Assembly: GCA_003344405.1 (NCBI GenBank)
Contig: NOWV01000011.1
Span: forward strand, 558,001 to 622,000
DNA from: Trichoplax sp. H2
Lineage: Eukaryota
Length of the DNA stretch: 64,000 nucleotides
Direction of reading: 5' to 3'
Shown here piece after piece: positions 11,501 through 32,883 of this stretch. Position numbers and translations under genes: made by a program. The notes below the pieces were generated by a model. It saw nothing but the letters and a program-made list of their open reading frames with translations. It made no database searches and had not been told where the DNA came from. The first letter of the stretch is position 1. Every line of letters starts with the position of its first letter.

Positions 11501-12936
11501 GTAGACTTGTGGGCATTATTGAAGAACGCTTAGCGACCGTATCGATCATCGGCCAATGATACGTTATAAGAACACTCTATCTTGCTTTTTAACTCTGACC
11601 GTGGGACAAGTTGATTTTTGAGTCAAACTGGGCTAATTGACAACTTCGTTTACTTCCGGGAGACAATTTTTGTACATGGAACAACTAGGGCACTATTCTA
11701 TAATTACCAATAGATTTAATGACAGGACGTTGCCCATTCAACAACACACCTATCTTGCATAACTTTCATGTCCAAAACGTAAACTAACCGTTATTGTAAC
11801 CATCCTAATTAATTTACAGTATGTTGCAAAGTGGAATCAAATCTAAAATTATGGTTGGCCAAAGGCAATTCTAAACATATCGATCCTATTCCTATTGACA
11901 TAAGCTCTTATTGATTGAATAGAAAGTAGGCAAGAAATCAACCCTGTTGATTACAGACGACATCCTAATGCATGAATTTTCCATACTAAAGGAGCAAATT
12001 AAGCACTATATAGCTTGATAATGGATAAAATGAAACGTAGTTCAGCTTGAAACTAGACCAATTTTAAATTGTATCAGTAAAATTAATTAGGCGTAAAAAA
12101 TAAAGAGAAAAATTGCAAAATTGGTGTTTCAACCCCAATGCTATTTGAGACTAGTCAAATAAATGTCAAGAATAATGCCTTATGATAGTCAGTTGAAAAT
12201 TATCAAGTGAAAAATGATGGAGAAGTAGATGAATAATGGATTTAAATTCTTATATCCTTCGCGTCTGATGAAAGGATCGCTTAAGCAATTATTGCACTAA
12301 ATTTGGATGTAAATTTCCATGTATCGATAACTATAATTAGCTCAGTTATACATTAATAGAAAAGATAGAATTGAAAAAATCAAATAGAACATTAATGAAT
12401 ACATACAGCTTCTATCTGAAAGCGGCATAAGAGCGTATACTTGGGTCAGTTGTTTATCAAATTTTGATCGCTTCGTTCAGAATATAAGCTATCATTTTAT
12501 GTTTTAGTGGACCATTTAAACTATATATAAAACTAGATAGGTTATAATTTATTACCTGCACACATGGAAATCGATCGAATAGAGCCGTCCAAAATGGAAC
12601 TAAAGCCATAAAAGCGCCAGGAACAATAGGTGGTACCCATTTCATTGCGTAAAGAAACAGAAATGATGGTGCGGCAACATGGAATAGACCCAATCCAATC
12701 ATTTTGAGATAATTATAAGGATTTAATAATGTTCGTCTTATAATTATGCTATTTTTTGCTCGGAAAGTTATAAAAAATAAAGCGACAAGAATAAATGCAA
12801 TAGAGCTGAAAGAAGACGAAAAAGTAACCAAAATGGCTGGATGAGGAAATTTTCTTAGAGCGTATTGTAACAAAAGTGGCGCTGTGCTATAGGTCAAGGC
12901 TACACTAATAGCCATAATAATCCACTCAATCTTCAT
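5533..12936 (-). CDS. EamA/DMT (drug-metabolite transporter superfamily)-like multi-pass membrane protein with a long Ser-rich C-terminal tail
   Basis: In-frame exons: 12936-12556, [12415-12407 candidate microexon], 9301-9046, 8394-8270, 7672-7561, 7451-7335, 7072-6891, 6798-6689, 6354-6060, 5703-5533 (TAA). About 10 hydrophobic segments in two repeats with EamA-like patterns (GLGLFHVAAPSFLFLYAMKWVPPIVPGAFMALVPFWTALF; LVILIGFIGV; YALYRQIGPINTDGLLVLIPAVTAVEEYFILRER). Confidence 0.78.
6395..6610. repeat. Intronic diverged direct repeat (2 copies, ~70 bp)
   Basis: cggtagtggatatatgatttcttgttgtggaactttaatgcacta...gcagatattatg (~6397) versus cggtagtggacacatgatttcttgtcatgaaactttattacacta...gcagatattatg (~6543). 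Confidence 0.75.
8443..8960. repeat. Intronic degenerate tandem repeat, ~110-115 bp unit, about 5 copies
   Basis: Recurrent ctgttgaa...tctataatttagc...gaaaa...gtagtagaaga...attgaaatgaaatt..taac blocks starting near 8443, 8555, 8670, 8769 and 8881. Confidence 0.7.
11140..11177. repeat. Perfect 38-bp palindrome in the long intron of the EamA-like gene
   Basis: GGATAAAAATTAGTAAACTAGTTTACTAATTTTTATCC is its own reverse complement. The left arm (aaactgggataaaaattag) recurs at 10898-10916. Confidence 0.9.
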
Positions 12937-15900
12937 AATGATGATGAATTAATGTCTTTCCTACTACGGATAGAGATTAAGCATTAAAATGAAGAAATGG
13001 TTTAAATTGTAATATCCGACAACCATCAACCGTCAATTCTAGACCTACTGGAAATGAATCATGCCACTTACCTATAATAAAATGGCTCTTCAACTTCAAG
13101 TAGATATTACTAATTTATAAGCTAAAATAAGATGGAAATTAATATAGATAGTTTATGATTCTTAACAGTGGATTTGCCTACCTACTAACTTTCTGACTAC
13201 AAATGAGAACTAGTTGTAGTTGTAGTCGAAAAGTCGGTTTGGGGTTAGGATGTATAGTTACTAGGTCTTGTCTATCGATAAACTAATTTTCTACTATATC
13301 AAAGTAACATCGGATGACAGTATTATTTGTACTGTCGATTTGGGAGTTAATTGATCTTTCAAACTAAATAATGCTAAACCATAGACGTGAAAGTTGATAC
13401 AACAATGGAAGAGCAGCAGTTTGCTTATGCCTTTCTATAGTGTGTAATAATTCCAAAACTAGAATACGACTGAAACCTTACTTTATTAACTATATTATCC
13501 TAGGGTGACATTGGAACAACTTGGTTTTATTGCAATATTTTCAGTATATTCGCTATTCATTAGCTATTGTTCACCTGCTGTTGTTTCAATTTTATTTACC
13601 ATCAAATACAATAATTGTAGGGCTATAGCTAAACAATTCTCCTTACATACGTGATCTAATGATTGATAGTTGGAATAATTTCGTCATAGATTAATGTTGT
13701 TATAAAATGGGCGTCTATTCTCCACGCCCGTTACTGTCGTTGACATTGTTGTTATCTAGAGCTGGATACAGGGCGTAACAGCTATATTTTATTGACCAAC
13801 ATGATTGAACTTTTAGATACTCTTCTTCCTTTAAGGTGTTAACTACAAAGAGTTACACTATCTTAATGCTATGATTCCTTTACTGTAGTGTGAAATAGGA
13901 CTGTTTTCAACGCTATACTTGATTTACTATCGTCACGTATTAAGATCTCACCATAATTGGATTCTTTCCATATCCCTCCCCTTCTTTTCTTTCTCAATTT
14001 CTTTCGGGAGTTAGATACCGTCATCATTCAATTTACATCGCATGTTGCATGATATTAGAAGACAAATGTCAACAAATGCTCTTAAATTGAGATGACTTAG
14101 TATCTAAGAACAAAAAAGCAACTGTTGTAATCAACATCTTTTTTCTTCGTCCTTTCAAACAGATCTATTACTTGAAATCAATCAATGGAGTAGGGGGTAA
14201 TATCGTTTTTACGCGTGTTCTTTTCTATTTTTAGTTCCCATATAAATAGGTAAGGTAGAATATCAAATTGAATTAAGATGAAAGGGATGGAATGAAATAA
14301 GTGGCAGTTCAAGAATATCATTACCGGTATAGAAATTAGCTATCTAAAGATAAAAAGTAGACGGTCCTTATAAAAGGATGAAATCATAAACTAAAGTTAT
14401 ACGTATAACACATGATTCATCTGACCTAGTTAAAGCCTTCTGCTGTAATTTATTCATTTAAAGTTTAATCATGGGCGCTGTACAGATGTATGAGTCATTA
14501 ATTCACCAAATTAAATAGACTATGCAGTAGACTATATATTGGTCAAGGTTATTATTCTATGTTAACCAACATAGGAATAAATTTTTAACAGATTGAATGA
14601 AAATTATCCAGGCTAGGACTATGATGGTCTATTGTTACCGTTGTCTATCAAATCATTTCCATAACTCTTTGATGATAACTATTACTACATTGTAAAGTCT
14701 GCTACTTGATATGTCAAATTACAGAATCGGTAATCAATAGAATGTGGACCAATCTACTATTGCAACCTCAGATTTTATTCATACCTTAAATTAAATTATC
14801 CAAACTATTTAAATTGCCTATTGAAAGTTTCTCCAACTGCAAACTGCTTTGATAACTAAAAAATACTACATCCCATAGATTGTAGTCTACAGACTCCTAT
14901 TTCGGTACAAGTGGTTAGAATAAATCACATATGTAACATTGTTGTCTTTTCATATTATTAATGCAAATGGTATATTATGTCATATCCAGTCGTTAGCTTC
15001 TCAATTAACCCTTTGTCATATATGCGACTGTTTTCCATATCAAGTAATACTAAAGCAAATGAATATTTACATTACGATCTTGTCATCGAATAAATGAATT
15101 TTATTAAAATCCAATTACAGTTGCACGGTAGTAAAACGAGGCATACTTGTATGACGCTTAAAAAGTATCTATAGACCTTTTCGATTCCAATGAATTTTGC
15201 CAAAATTCAATCTTACTATTTATTCGGTATACCGTAATAATTACGGAAGCTTACGTAAATGTAACATAAATACTCTCTAGCAGTACAATATCTATCTGCA
15301 TACTGTATTAAATCTGTCAAAGATTCGATAATTGTTTCTTTTTAATTCGAGTAGTTAACTGGGAGGCTTAAAAGTTTATTCATTTTAACTATTTTCAATG
15401 GTCACTCTATGCGCATTTCCTTCTTGTTATTTGCTACCAAAGTATAGTATTTCTGATAGTTTTTAACGTATTTATGACCTACATTACATTAACGCATAAC
15501 TACTGTATTGTAATTATAGCTATTAATACTCTCATATTAACTAAATATGATTATTAAAGTGTTCGTAATTTCTGTTTATGCACGAAATAATACGTTTACG
15601 GTTTATCTCGTCGCACTGGATCATGATTGCACTGTAGCGTGTTTCCAGTTACAAGTATTTACACTTCTGCACGTAAATGCCAATATTGCGGTCAAATTTG
15701 GTAAACGTAATGATATTGTAACAATCAACTTTAGTACAATTAAGTGACAACAGATGTATGTACATAATTTTGATTTTATTTTCAGAAAATAAAAAAGCTG
15801 TTCTCAAATGTTATTGACCAAATTTTGCTAATATTACATACGATAAACTGTGATTATAGAAGATAAACTTCATATTATTTTTCCTTAAGAACTACGTGAA

Positions 15901-16328
15901 AAAAAGTAACGTTACCAAATCATATAGTCAGATACTTAAAATTTTTACTTATAGTGCAAGGCGGATCAATTCGAGAACAGTAACTTTACGGAAGCGCTAA
16001 AATTTTTTCGCAATAACAAATGTTAATTTTTTTAATACTCAGAAACTGCTACGATTGTGGGATAGCCATTTTGTATCATCTAATAAAGAAATTTTTACAT
16101 TCGGTTAATTATCGAGCTATTTCGTTTGCTTTGAACCTTTAGCAGTCAAAAGTCTTCGCTATCATGCACTAAAGAAAATTTGACAACTCGATAACCTGGT
16201 TACGAAATATTCTATAGTCTAATAAGATTAATGCTAGGTAATTTGAAAAATGAATTGTTAGGGTTTTGTTGCTAAAACGGTCATGATATCGAGGTATATT
16301 GTGGTAAGATTGGGTGAATCACATCCAT

Positions 16329-24359
<8,031 letters not shown>

Positions 24360-24539
24360 TTCTAATGAAAACGACAGTACGTATCTATTTTATACGTAGG
24401 ACCTAACCTTCGTCGACGGGAGGAGAGGTAGAAAAAAGTGAGAAGATAATATAATAAAAAAAAAATTATTATTTTGTGCTGTAGTTCCAAATGTTACGCG
24501 TGCGGACCGGTATGGTACGGTACGAGCAGCAGCATACTG

Positions 24540-26056
24540 TACAATCAGTACAGTAGAAGCAATCTTGACTGATAGTATCAACTGGATGAGCGACAGGGAC
24601 TGGTCCGAGACTGTGCACTATGCGCAGTAGAGTGGCGTATGCTGTAAACACTTCGCCAGTCTGTAGTCCGTACCGAACAGTGAAGTGAAGTTCTGTAGTT
24701 GTTGAATCATGAGCTCAGAACGGTGTACAGTACAGTACGCCTACACGTACAGTACACTGTACTGTACACTGTACATTGTACATAGTGAAGTGTAAATAGA
24801 CCTGAGAAAGGTTCGGTTCGGTTCAATACCTTTGTGATCTATGTCTGTGTTAAAGTACAGTATTAGTAACTTTCACACGCTTTATGTAAATCTAAATTAC
24901 ATATCTACATAAGGTGTTTATTCCCCATCGACTGATACCAAATTTGTCTAATTTGGTCTTAAAATTGTGTTTTCATATCATTTCAATCGCCGGGAATTCT
25001 TTTTGAGACACCCTCTAATAGTCCCTAGATATTTTACTGTATAAAGAACGCTTGTTACAGCGAACATCAAGAAATGAAGGTGAAAAGACTGTATGATTTG
25101 AGCCGTTTCAGACACGAATCAGAGACATCTACGATTCTACTGTACAATGTACTGTACATTCATAGAGTCGTGCAGTACAAAATCTTGACTCGCTGTACAG
25201 TACAGTGTACAGTACAGTAGTACGTTACAGTAAAACAGAAATTTAACTACGGATTGGAAATCTTCAACTACAGTAATACTGTACACTATCGTTTGAACTA
25301 CTTTTACATGATTTGATCAATATTAAAGCATTTTCAGTACTTATTTAATAATAATAATCTGGAACGAAACAGATCACGCTGTACAGTGTACAGTGCACAG
25401 TGCACAGTATATACTGTACTGTACAGTACCGTGCAGTGTCACTAGAGCACAGTAGACAGTAAAATGTAGGATGAATGATCACTGAACAAGTAGTAAATAG
25501 TGCAAGACTCGGCTTGAAAAAGCTCTCTATGCCCGTGAAATGAGAGGCTATACAGTTAAATCGATACGCGTAACGTCACGAATCAAGGTGGCTATTATAA
25601 TATAATATATAATATATATAATATAGGGAAAATCCCTATAATATACAGTATATAATCAGTGAGGCACTAACATGAACACTTGGACTGTGGACACGAATTC
25701 GGTCCTGTTCTCAACTGGCTGCATAATTGTGTTTTGCAACTTCTTATCCACTCCAAAGGAGTGATTTTATAGGGTTGAGCTTGAGGCACTCCAACAACCG
25801 GCAGCTGCGATTTCTTTTTAATAGGTGAACAGTCGCCAACTCACAGAATTTTTCTTCCTTTCTCATTATTTGTTGCCAAATCGATTTTGTGTGGAAGAGC
25901 GAGCTGTACAAACAGATTCGTTTTAGCCACACGATAGGATATCCTGCAGTAGCGCTTAACGTAGTGACATTAACACTAGTCATTGTTGTGACAGGTTCGC
26001 TTATTTTCATCGTTTATCTTGCATGGTGATATAATGATCGCAAGCTGTGATTGATT
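24540..26056. repeat. Copy A of a ~1.5 kb TACAG/GTAC-rich segment, ending exactly at the assembly gap
   Basis: Near-identical to 26077-27524. Differs by SNPs, by TACAG/CTGTA unit-number indels and by a 118-bp segment (24901-25018) absent from copy B. Confidence 0.95.
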
Positions 26057-26076
26057 NNNNNNNNNNNNNNNNNNNN
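26057..26076. other. Assembly gap (20 N)
   Basis: Run of n characters. Confidence 1.
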
Positions 26077-27524
26077 TACAATCAGTACAGTAGAAGCAAT
26101 CTTGACTGATAGTATCAACTGGATGAGCGACAGGGACTGGTCCGAGACTGTGCACTATGCGCAGTAGAGTGGCGTATGCTGTAAACACTTCGCCAGTCTG
26201 TAGTCCGTACCGAACAGTGAAGTGAAGTTCTGTAGTTGTTGAATCATGAGCTCAGAACGGTGTACAGTACAACTGTACAGTACAGTACGCCTACACGTAC
26301 AGTACACTGTACTGTACACTGTACATTGTACATAGTGAAGTGTAAATAGACCTGAGAAAGGTTCGGTTCGGTTCAATACCTTTATGATCTATGTCTGTGT
26401 AAAGTACAGTACAGTATTGGTAACTTTCACACGCTTTATGTAAATCTAAATTACTGAATACAGTAGTCCCTAGATATTTTACTGTATAAAGAACGCTTGT
26501 TACAGCGAACATCAAGAAATGAAGTTGAAAAGACTGTATGATTTGAGCCGTTTCAGACAGGAATCAGAGACATCTACGATTCTACTGTACAATGTACTGT
26601 ACAATGTACATTCATAGAGTCGTGCAGTACAAAATCTTGACTCGCTGTACAGTGTACTGTACAGTAGTACGGTACAGTAAAACAGAAATTTAACTACGGA
26701 TTAGAAATCTTCAACTACAGTAATACGCTATCGTTTGAACTACTTTTACATGATTTGATCAATATTAAGCATTTTCAGTACTTATTTAATAATAATAATC
26801 TGGAAGGAAACAGATCACGCTGTACAGTGTACAGTGCACAGTGCACAGTATATACAGTACTGTACTGTACTGTACAGTACAGTACAGTACAGTGTACAGT
26901 ACCGTGCAGTGTCACTAGAGCACAGTACACAGTAAAATGTACGCTGAGAACGTAGGATGAATGATCACTGAACAAGTAGTAAATAGTGCAAGACTCGCCT
27001 TGAAAAAGCTCTCTATACCCGTGAAATGAGAGGCTATACAGTACAGTTAAATCGATACGCGTAACGTCATGAATCAAGGTGGCTATTATAATATAATATA
27101 ATATAAATCCCTATAATATATAATCAGTGAGGCACTAACATGGACACTTGGACTGTGGACACGAATTCGGTCCTGTCCTCAACTGGCTGCAGAATTGTGT
27201 TTTGCAACTTCTTATCCACTCCAAAGGAGTGATTTTATAGGGTTGAGTTTGAGGCACTCCGACAACCGGCAGCTGCGATTTCTTTTTAATGGGTGAACAG
27301 TCGCCAACTCTCAGAATTTTTCTTCCTTTCTTATTATTTGTTGCCAAATCGATTTTGTGTGGAAGAACGAGCTGTACAAACAGATTCGTTTTAGCCACAC
27401 GATAGGATATCCTGCAGTAGCGCTTAACGTAGTGACATTAACACTAGTCATTGTTGTGACAGGTTCGCTTATTTTCATCGTTTATCTTGCATGGTGATAT
27501 AATGATCGCAAGCTGTGATTGATT
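26077..27524. repeat. Copy B of the ~1.5 kb TACAG/GTAC-rich segment, starting exactly at the assembly gap
   Basis: Begins tacaatcagtacagtagaagc and ends caagctgtgattgatt, matching both ends of copy A. Confidence 0.95.
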
Positions 27525-30188
27525 GATAAACTTTGTACTGTATTGTATCTACGCAAATTATTGAGAGTACAGTATTTTGTTCTGAAGTAGAAATTGATTC
27601 CAATAGGACAGGTAAAGGAGTCTTTCTTAACTGCAGCTGAGTGAAGAGCTAAAAGTAACTATCAGAAATGATTGAAATCTTGACGGAATGAAACGTGCAA
27701 TATACTAATTACAAAGGATGGGTCAGCTGCAGAATATTGTAGACAAGTTGTTCCTTGCTGATATCTTTTTATACGGCTAACAAGAAAGATGATTATAGTA
27801 GATCAATATTAATTGAAGCCAATAATTATAATTAGCAATATACTGCTGTTCTAATCAAAACCTGGTAAGGTGAATTAGCAGAGGGGGTGATGAAATGATT
27901 CTTTGCGTTACGTTGGCGCAATATGGATGCACCTAAGCAAAACCAGATCATTATTTGATTTATTTTTATCAAACGGTTATCGAATTAGTCTCTAGGGGTT
28001 ATCGACTGGCATACAGGCGTAATTTTTTTTTAACAGACTACGTTCTAAATAGGAATACTGGTTCTAAAGCTGCAAAGGACCAGGGTTACCATATCAAAAC
28101 CACGTTGCTCTATCAACATTTTATAAATACAATATACTAACAGGATACGACAGTATATAATAAACTTGATCTATATGGGAACTGAAAACAGAACTATGCC
28201 GATACGAAAGTAAATGAATCAGAAATTAGCAACATTAAGTAACAATAACTATAATTCATTGATATAAACCATCAATAGGACTACATATCGAGAGTACACA
28301 TTTCATGGCATGTAAAATTTATAAATGACGTAGAGTACATATTTAATGGAAGTATTCCTATCACGGACACTGTTAAAATGAAAATGACTGAATAATACAG
28401 TTAGGATCAGTTTATTATTGAATTACAGTTATCATTATATTGCAAGTTTTCTCAGGTTTTAGAAGAGTAAACTATAATTCAAAATTTAGTGAGAGATTCC
28501 ATATTATGTCTACTGTAAGAATACTACGGTAGATATTACATTTAATGAGCCCAAAAGCAAGAAAAAAACATTCCTAAAGATCTGTTCATAGGTTCTAGGT
28601 AATATTGATATTATAATTTATTGATGTACGAATTAATATTGCATACATTACAGCTATTTGATTCTAATCGATATTATGTCATGCAAGTCTTTCTCTAATT
28701 AGTATGCACAAGCTGAATATAATTGTGCGTATGTTTTAGACCATGGTTTTTATATCATATTACAATTGATGCGATACAAGGTATTTCCATCGCTAGCAAA
28801 TCCGTTATTAGAATCACACTCTCTATTTAAAATGTCGTATATTATTAATGATTTATTACATTAGCTTAGAGTTGGAGGGCAGTAAAAAAAATAACTCTTT
28901 CAAGTTGTATTGATCCTATTTTCTCCATTATCTAAAATAGCTCACCTTTAGCAATTTTACTCACAGTAATCATAGAAAACTGAATTTAGAATTTAAAATA
29001 ACGAAAAGTTATTTTACAGAAACATGTAGTTTTCTATTCTTCTGGTCAATTAGTCTGCCCGTAATGCTATTGTTAATTTCTAACTCTAATGAAGGTAAAT
29101 TGTTAAGTTAAAGAGCAGCACATTTACTCTAGAGGACTAACGTAAGTTTTACACGGCGAGTGTAGTGCTTTTTAAGAACTAAAATACCACTTCAGTACAC
29201 CATTTAATAAAAACTCGATCTTGTTCATGCCATATTGCCACTGCAACAATACGATGGTGGATCTGTGCTTATTTTGACTATCAAAATATCCATTCCACAC
29301 CAATAACTTTGTCTCACTATTCAAACACCATTTTAAATTTTTAAGTTGGCGTGTAAAGGTAAACCAGGATGAAAGATATTAATTATTTAGATCAGTTTGA
29401 TCAACACAGCAGATATTTCTAGACAACCTTTGGATTGGCATAACTGTCAGCAATAAATTACTTTGCATCAAAAATCAGAGATGTAAAATATTAAAAAATA
29501 TATAGTATAGCAGATAAAAAATCATGCCGTAAAAGTAATGTTGATCGATGACTCTAATTAAAGCAGAAGGTCTTTAGAAAATTTCTTTAACGCATGCACC
29601 TACATAGGGTACCTAGATGTGTAATCATGCTTTTTCTCGTTATTTATTTTCGAGAAGTTATATTTAGCGCTGAAAGTAATATTTATACGGACATGTTGTC
29701 TTATTGGTATATTTTATTATAAGTATATACTCAATAGTACTATGCTATTTTTATTGCATCTAGAGTTTTAATAAATTGCTAGCAGTTTGTAAAGTAAGAA
29801 AGTTAAATGCTTAAAACAACATTATTGTCTTCTTAAGTGGTCTCTTGCACTGAAATAAATGATAATGTAAGAGCAATTGTCTCAAAATGAATAATATTAA
29901 ACAATATATAGTCTAGACGCCCGATGTAGCAATTGCTAATATATTGTTGCTGCTTTTGTTTATGATATAAGTCTATTTAGATTATTTTAATCTCTTACTT
30001 TAATAATTTATAAAGCAAGTACTATAATAACTTCTATTTCAATAGAATTGATGAAAAACTGATGTCAAATAAAGTTGTTACAACCTAGCGTGCTATGCCA
30101 TATCACCACATTCCCAGTGTGAAACGATTAATAACCACAACAAGCGCCAAACAATCTTTTGACTCTATGAAGATCTATTTGAAGGCGA

Positions 30189-32883
30189 ATGTCTAATCCA
30201 TCGATTATTCGTAAGTATATCATTTAGCCAAGCATATGATTAAGAAATAGTTATTTTTCCTACAAGCAACTAAATTTATATCATGACAGAATAACTAGTA
30301 TTGACAGTGAATAATTAATAGTATATCCAATAGGAACGATTACTAGATTCAAGAGAAGGTGTTTGTAGTTTAACTGCCTAGCAGTGGCTTGACATATTGT
30401 ATAACATTATTTTTGATATTCTGTCTCATTCACATTGATTTCGCTCCACAAGATTAGATTATATCCTACTATTGTAGTTAAATCTAACATAGCTTTACTC
30501 TGGTAATGTCTACGATTACTATTACATTGATTAATGCTGATCGCAAACGAGTTTAAAACTGATATTTAAAAACCTTTTTAGGTCCTAAAGCTATATAAAA
30601 TTAAGTCAGCAATTATTAAGAATTTTTAAAGGCACTTCTGTTATTAATTTCTCAAAATGTGGTCGTATACAGTAACTTTCCTCCCATGTTAATATAATAT
30701 CTAAGATTCACTGGTAGAATTTATGTGTTGTATTTAATCAGTATCAAGATACGTCAATTGATAGGATAGCGCCTAAGCAGGCCTAAAATTCCTGATACAA
30801 TGTATATTAAATTTAAATCTAGACTGTACTGCTATAATAATAAATTATAGTATAGATAATAATTGTAGCATAAAGTAGCCTTTACTACGGATTAATTGGA
30901 CACATTTTATTTTCTTAAACCATTATCGTTTCCAGTATTCTGTAGTACTAACTGAAATATAGTCAAAAGCTTTATGTATGTTGGCGATACTCACATTCAG
31001 CCTTAGTTCTAACAGAAAGCCCAAATAGAAACAACTTTCTCATTCTCGTAGCTTAATTTCTTTAATCTTTTATAACCTTAGCAGTCATGAGAATTGTAGC
31101 GATAATTTTTTGTTATTCTGGTCGATATGAAAGTTTCTTAAGAATCCTTTAATTTTGCAATTTAGGATAAATATTTAGAAGTCTTTATTACGATGCTAAA
31201 TTGTGTTTAGAAGGTTTATAGACTGGATTTTGAGGGTGTTGCAGGCTCTCCTGTAGAATAAGATCCTTTTACTTGAATCTGTTTCATCCGGAATCAGAAT
31301 TGAATAGCATTTAACTGAAATAGATAATTAATCTTGCTGGTTAGACAATTATTGTGCCACCTGCAACGAAATAATATTTTTTCTTTGCTATTTTGCATAA
31401 TTATTATCCGAATCATTGATGGTGATGATTAGATATCTTCCTGTGTTCTCTTGTAGCAACAACAAACAACTGGAAATTTAGTCAATAGCTTTATTTGTGA
31501 GGGCAAAGAACTTAGAGTAGAAAATTTTAATTTCTCACCCTCCTTCCCTGTCATCTACATTTTTACTACAACTAGCAGTGCCTTTAAATAAATTATCCCA
31601 ATAGTTTCACTGTCATTAAAGTAATTGAATTTTATTTTTCCTCAATCGAAATGGGTGAAATATTGCGCTCTTTATGTGTTGAGGAGTTCTATAACGAATT
31701 TATTTCGATAGATCTTAAAAATATTTTCTTTTCTGATCAAATATATTTAAGATTACGTAAATAGTTTAATTTTTTACCTTTGATTTCGAAAGTGCTTTGA
31801 CTAAAATTTTGACCTTAAAATTCCTACAGTAAAGGCTTGCAGTTATGATTATAGTATACAGTAGATATCTTACCAACGAAAACTCTTCGTTTTTATGATT
31901 TTAGGTTCTGTGAGTTGTCGCAAATCAAGGCATAAGGCTGTTCCTTGTATCATTCATTGCGAATTTGAGAATGGATTAAAAAAGAAGATGGAACGTTTAT
32001 ATCGGCCTATGTTGGATTATATCAATTCTACTCGTCAATGCATATCTATAGAGGACGATTCGAAGCGAAGCTTTAATCGAAGCAGAAACAGTTCTTCTTC
32101 AAGTAAGTAACGCTTAGATAATAATGAATAAGATCTGAATTGAGAAGAAAGTATTTGCTCATTATATAATTGGGAAATTTATGGTAGAGCCATAAAAATG
32201 ACCGCAAGTAATTTTCTCAACTAGGAAATTGCTTAATGTTAAAATCCCAGTTCTTATTTGCTTGAATAGGTGAGGATATCAACCAATTTGATGTCGGTAA
32301 ACCCAAAATTTTATCATTAGGTATTCAACTCTTTCTTCATGAATGTAACTACGGAAATTACCATGATAACATCAGAAATTATCTACAGCAATCAATATGG
32401 AATATTAAACTTAATGTTGCATTGTCATCAACGTACATAAAATCCTGTCCTCCAAATGATAATTTAGAATCTTATGTTGCCAATGGGCCTATGATGCCTT
32501 GGTGGGCAATCAGGACAATCCATTCTGGCAAAGAAGTTATTCGCATTAATCTATTTGTTAATGATTTGGATAATATGTTGCAATTCTATGAAGTTATACT
32601 GCGGCAGCAACCTCAAATTAAGCGAAAAGATTTTTGCTGTTTTACCTTAGTTCGATATCCGGAATTTGATTTTCAATTTTCATTGAAAGCATTAAATAAG
32701 TTAAGTCCTAAGCCCACCCCAACTGATGATTTCTTACTAGAATTTTTTCACACTGGCTATTCATCGCTAGTTAATTTATTACCAGATTGCGTTACCCTAG
32801 TTAGCAAGAAATGCTGGAAAATAAAGGATCCGGAAGGTAACACTCTCCTATTACACGAAAAATCAGTTGTTATTAAAAATTAA
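30189..32883 (+). CDS. FAM124: FAM124-family protein
   Basis: Exons 30189-30210 (MSNPSII; start exon inferred from phase match), 31905-32102 and 32270-32883 (TAA). Motifs PWWAIRTIHSGKEVIRI, FYEVILRQQP..KRKDFCCF, FQFSLKAL, PTPTD..LLEF, LVNLLP, W...DPEGNTLLL parallel the recalled FAM124A/B core domain. Confidence 0.85.

Noticed and set aside
24810-24830. B-box-like GGTTCAATACC suggesting a tRNA or SINE
   Set aside because: No cloverleaf and no properly spaced A box; it is part of a GGTTC short repeat.
24390-27398. Numerous short ORFs in the duplicated TACAG-rich region (for example 25744-26010, 26775-27077, 27135-27398)
   Set aside because: Most are translations of low-complexity repeats, and the two most protein-like ORFs are each interrupted by a TGA in the other copy.
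24540-27524. CRISPR-like appearance of the recurring short motifs
   Set aside because: Eukaryotic context, with no constant-length repeats separated by unique spacers.
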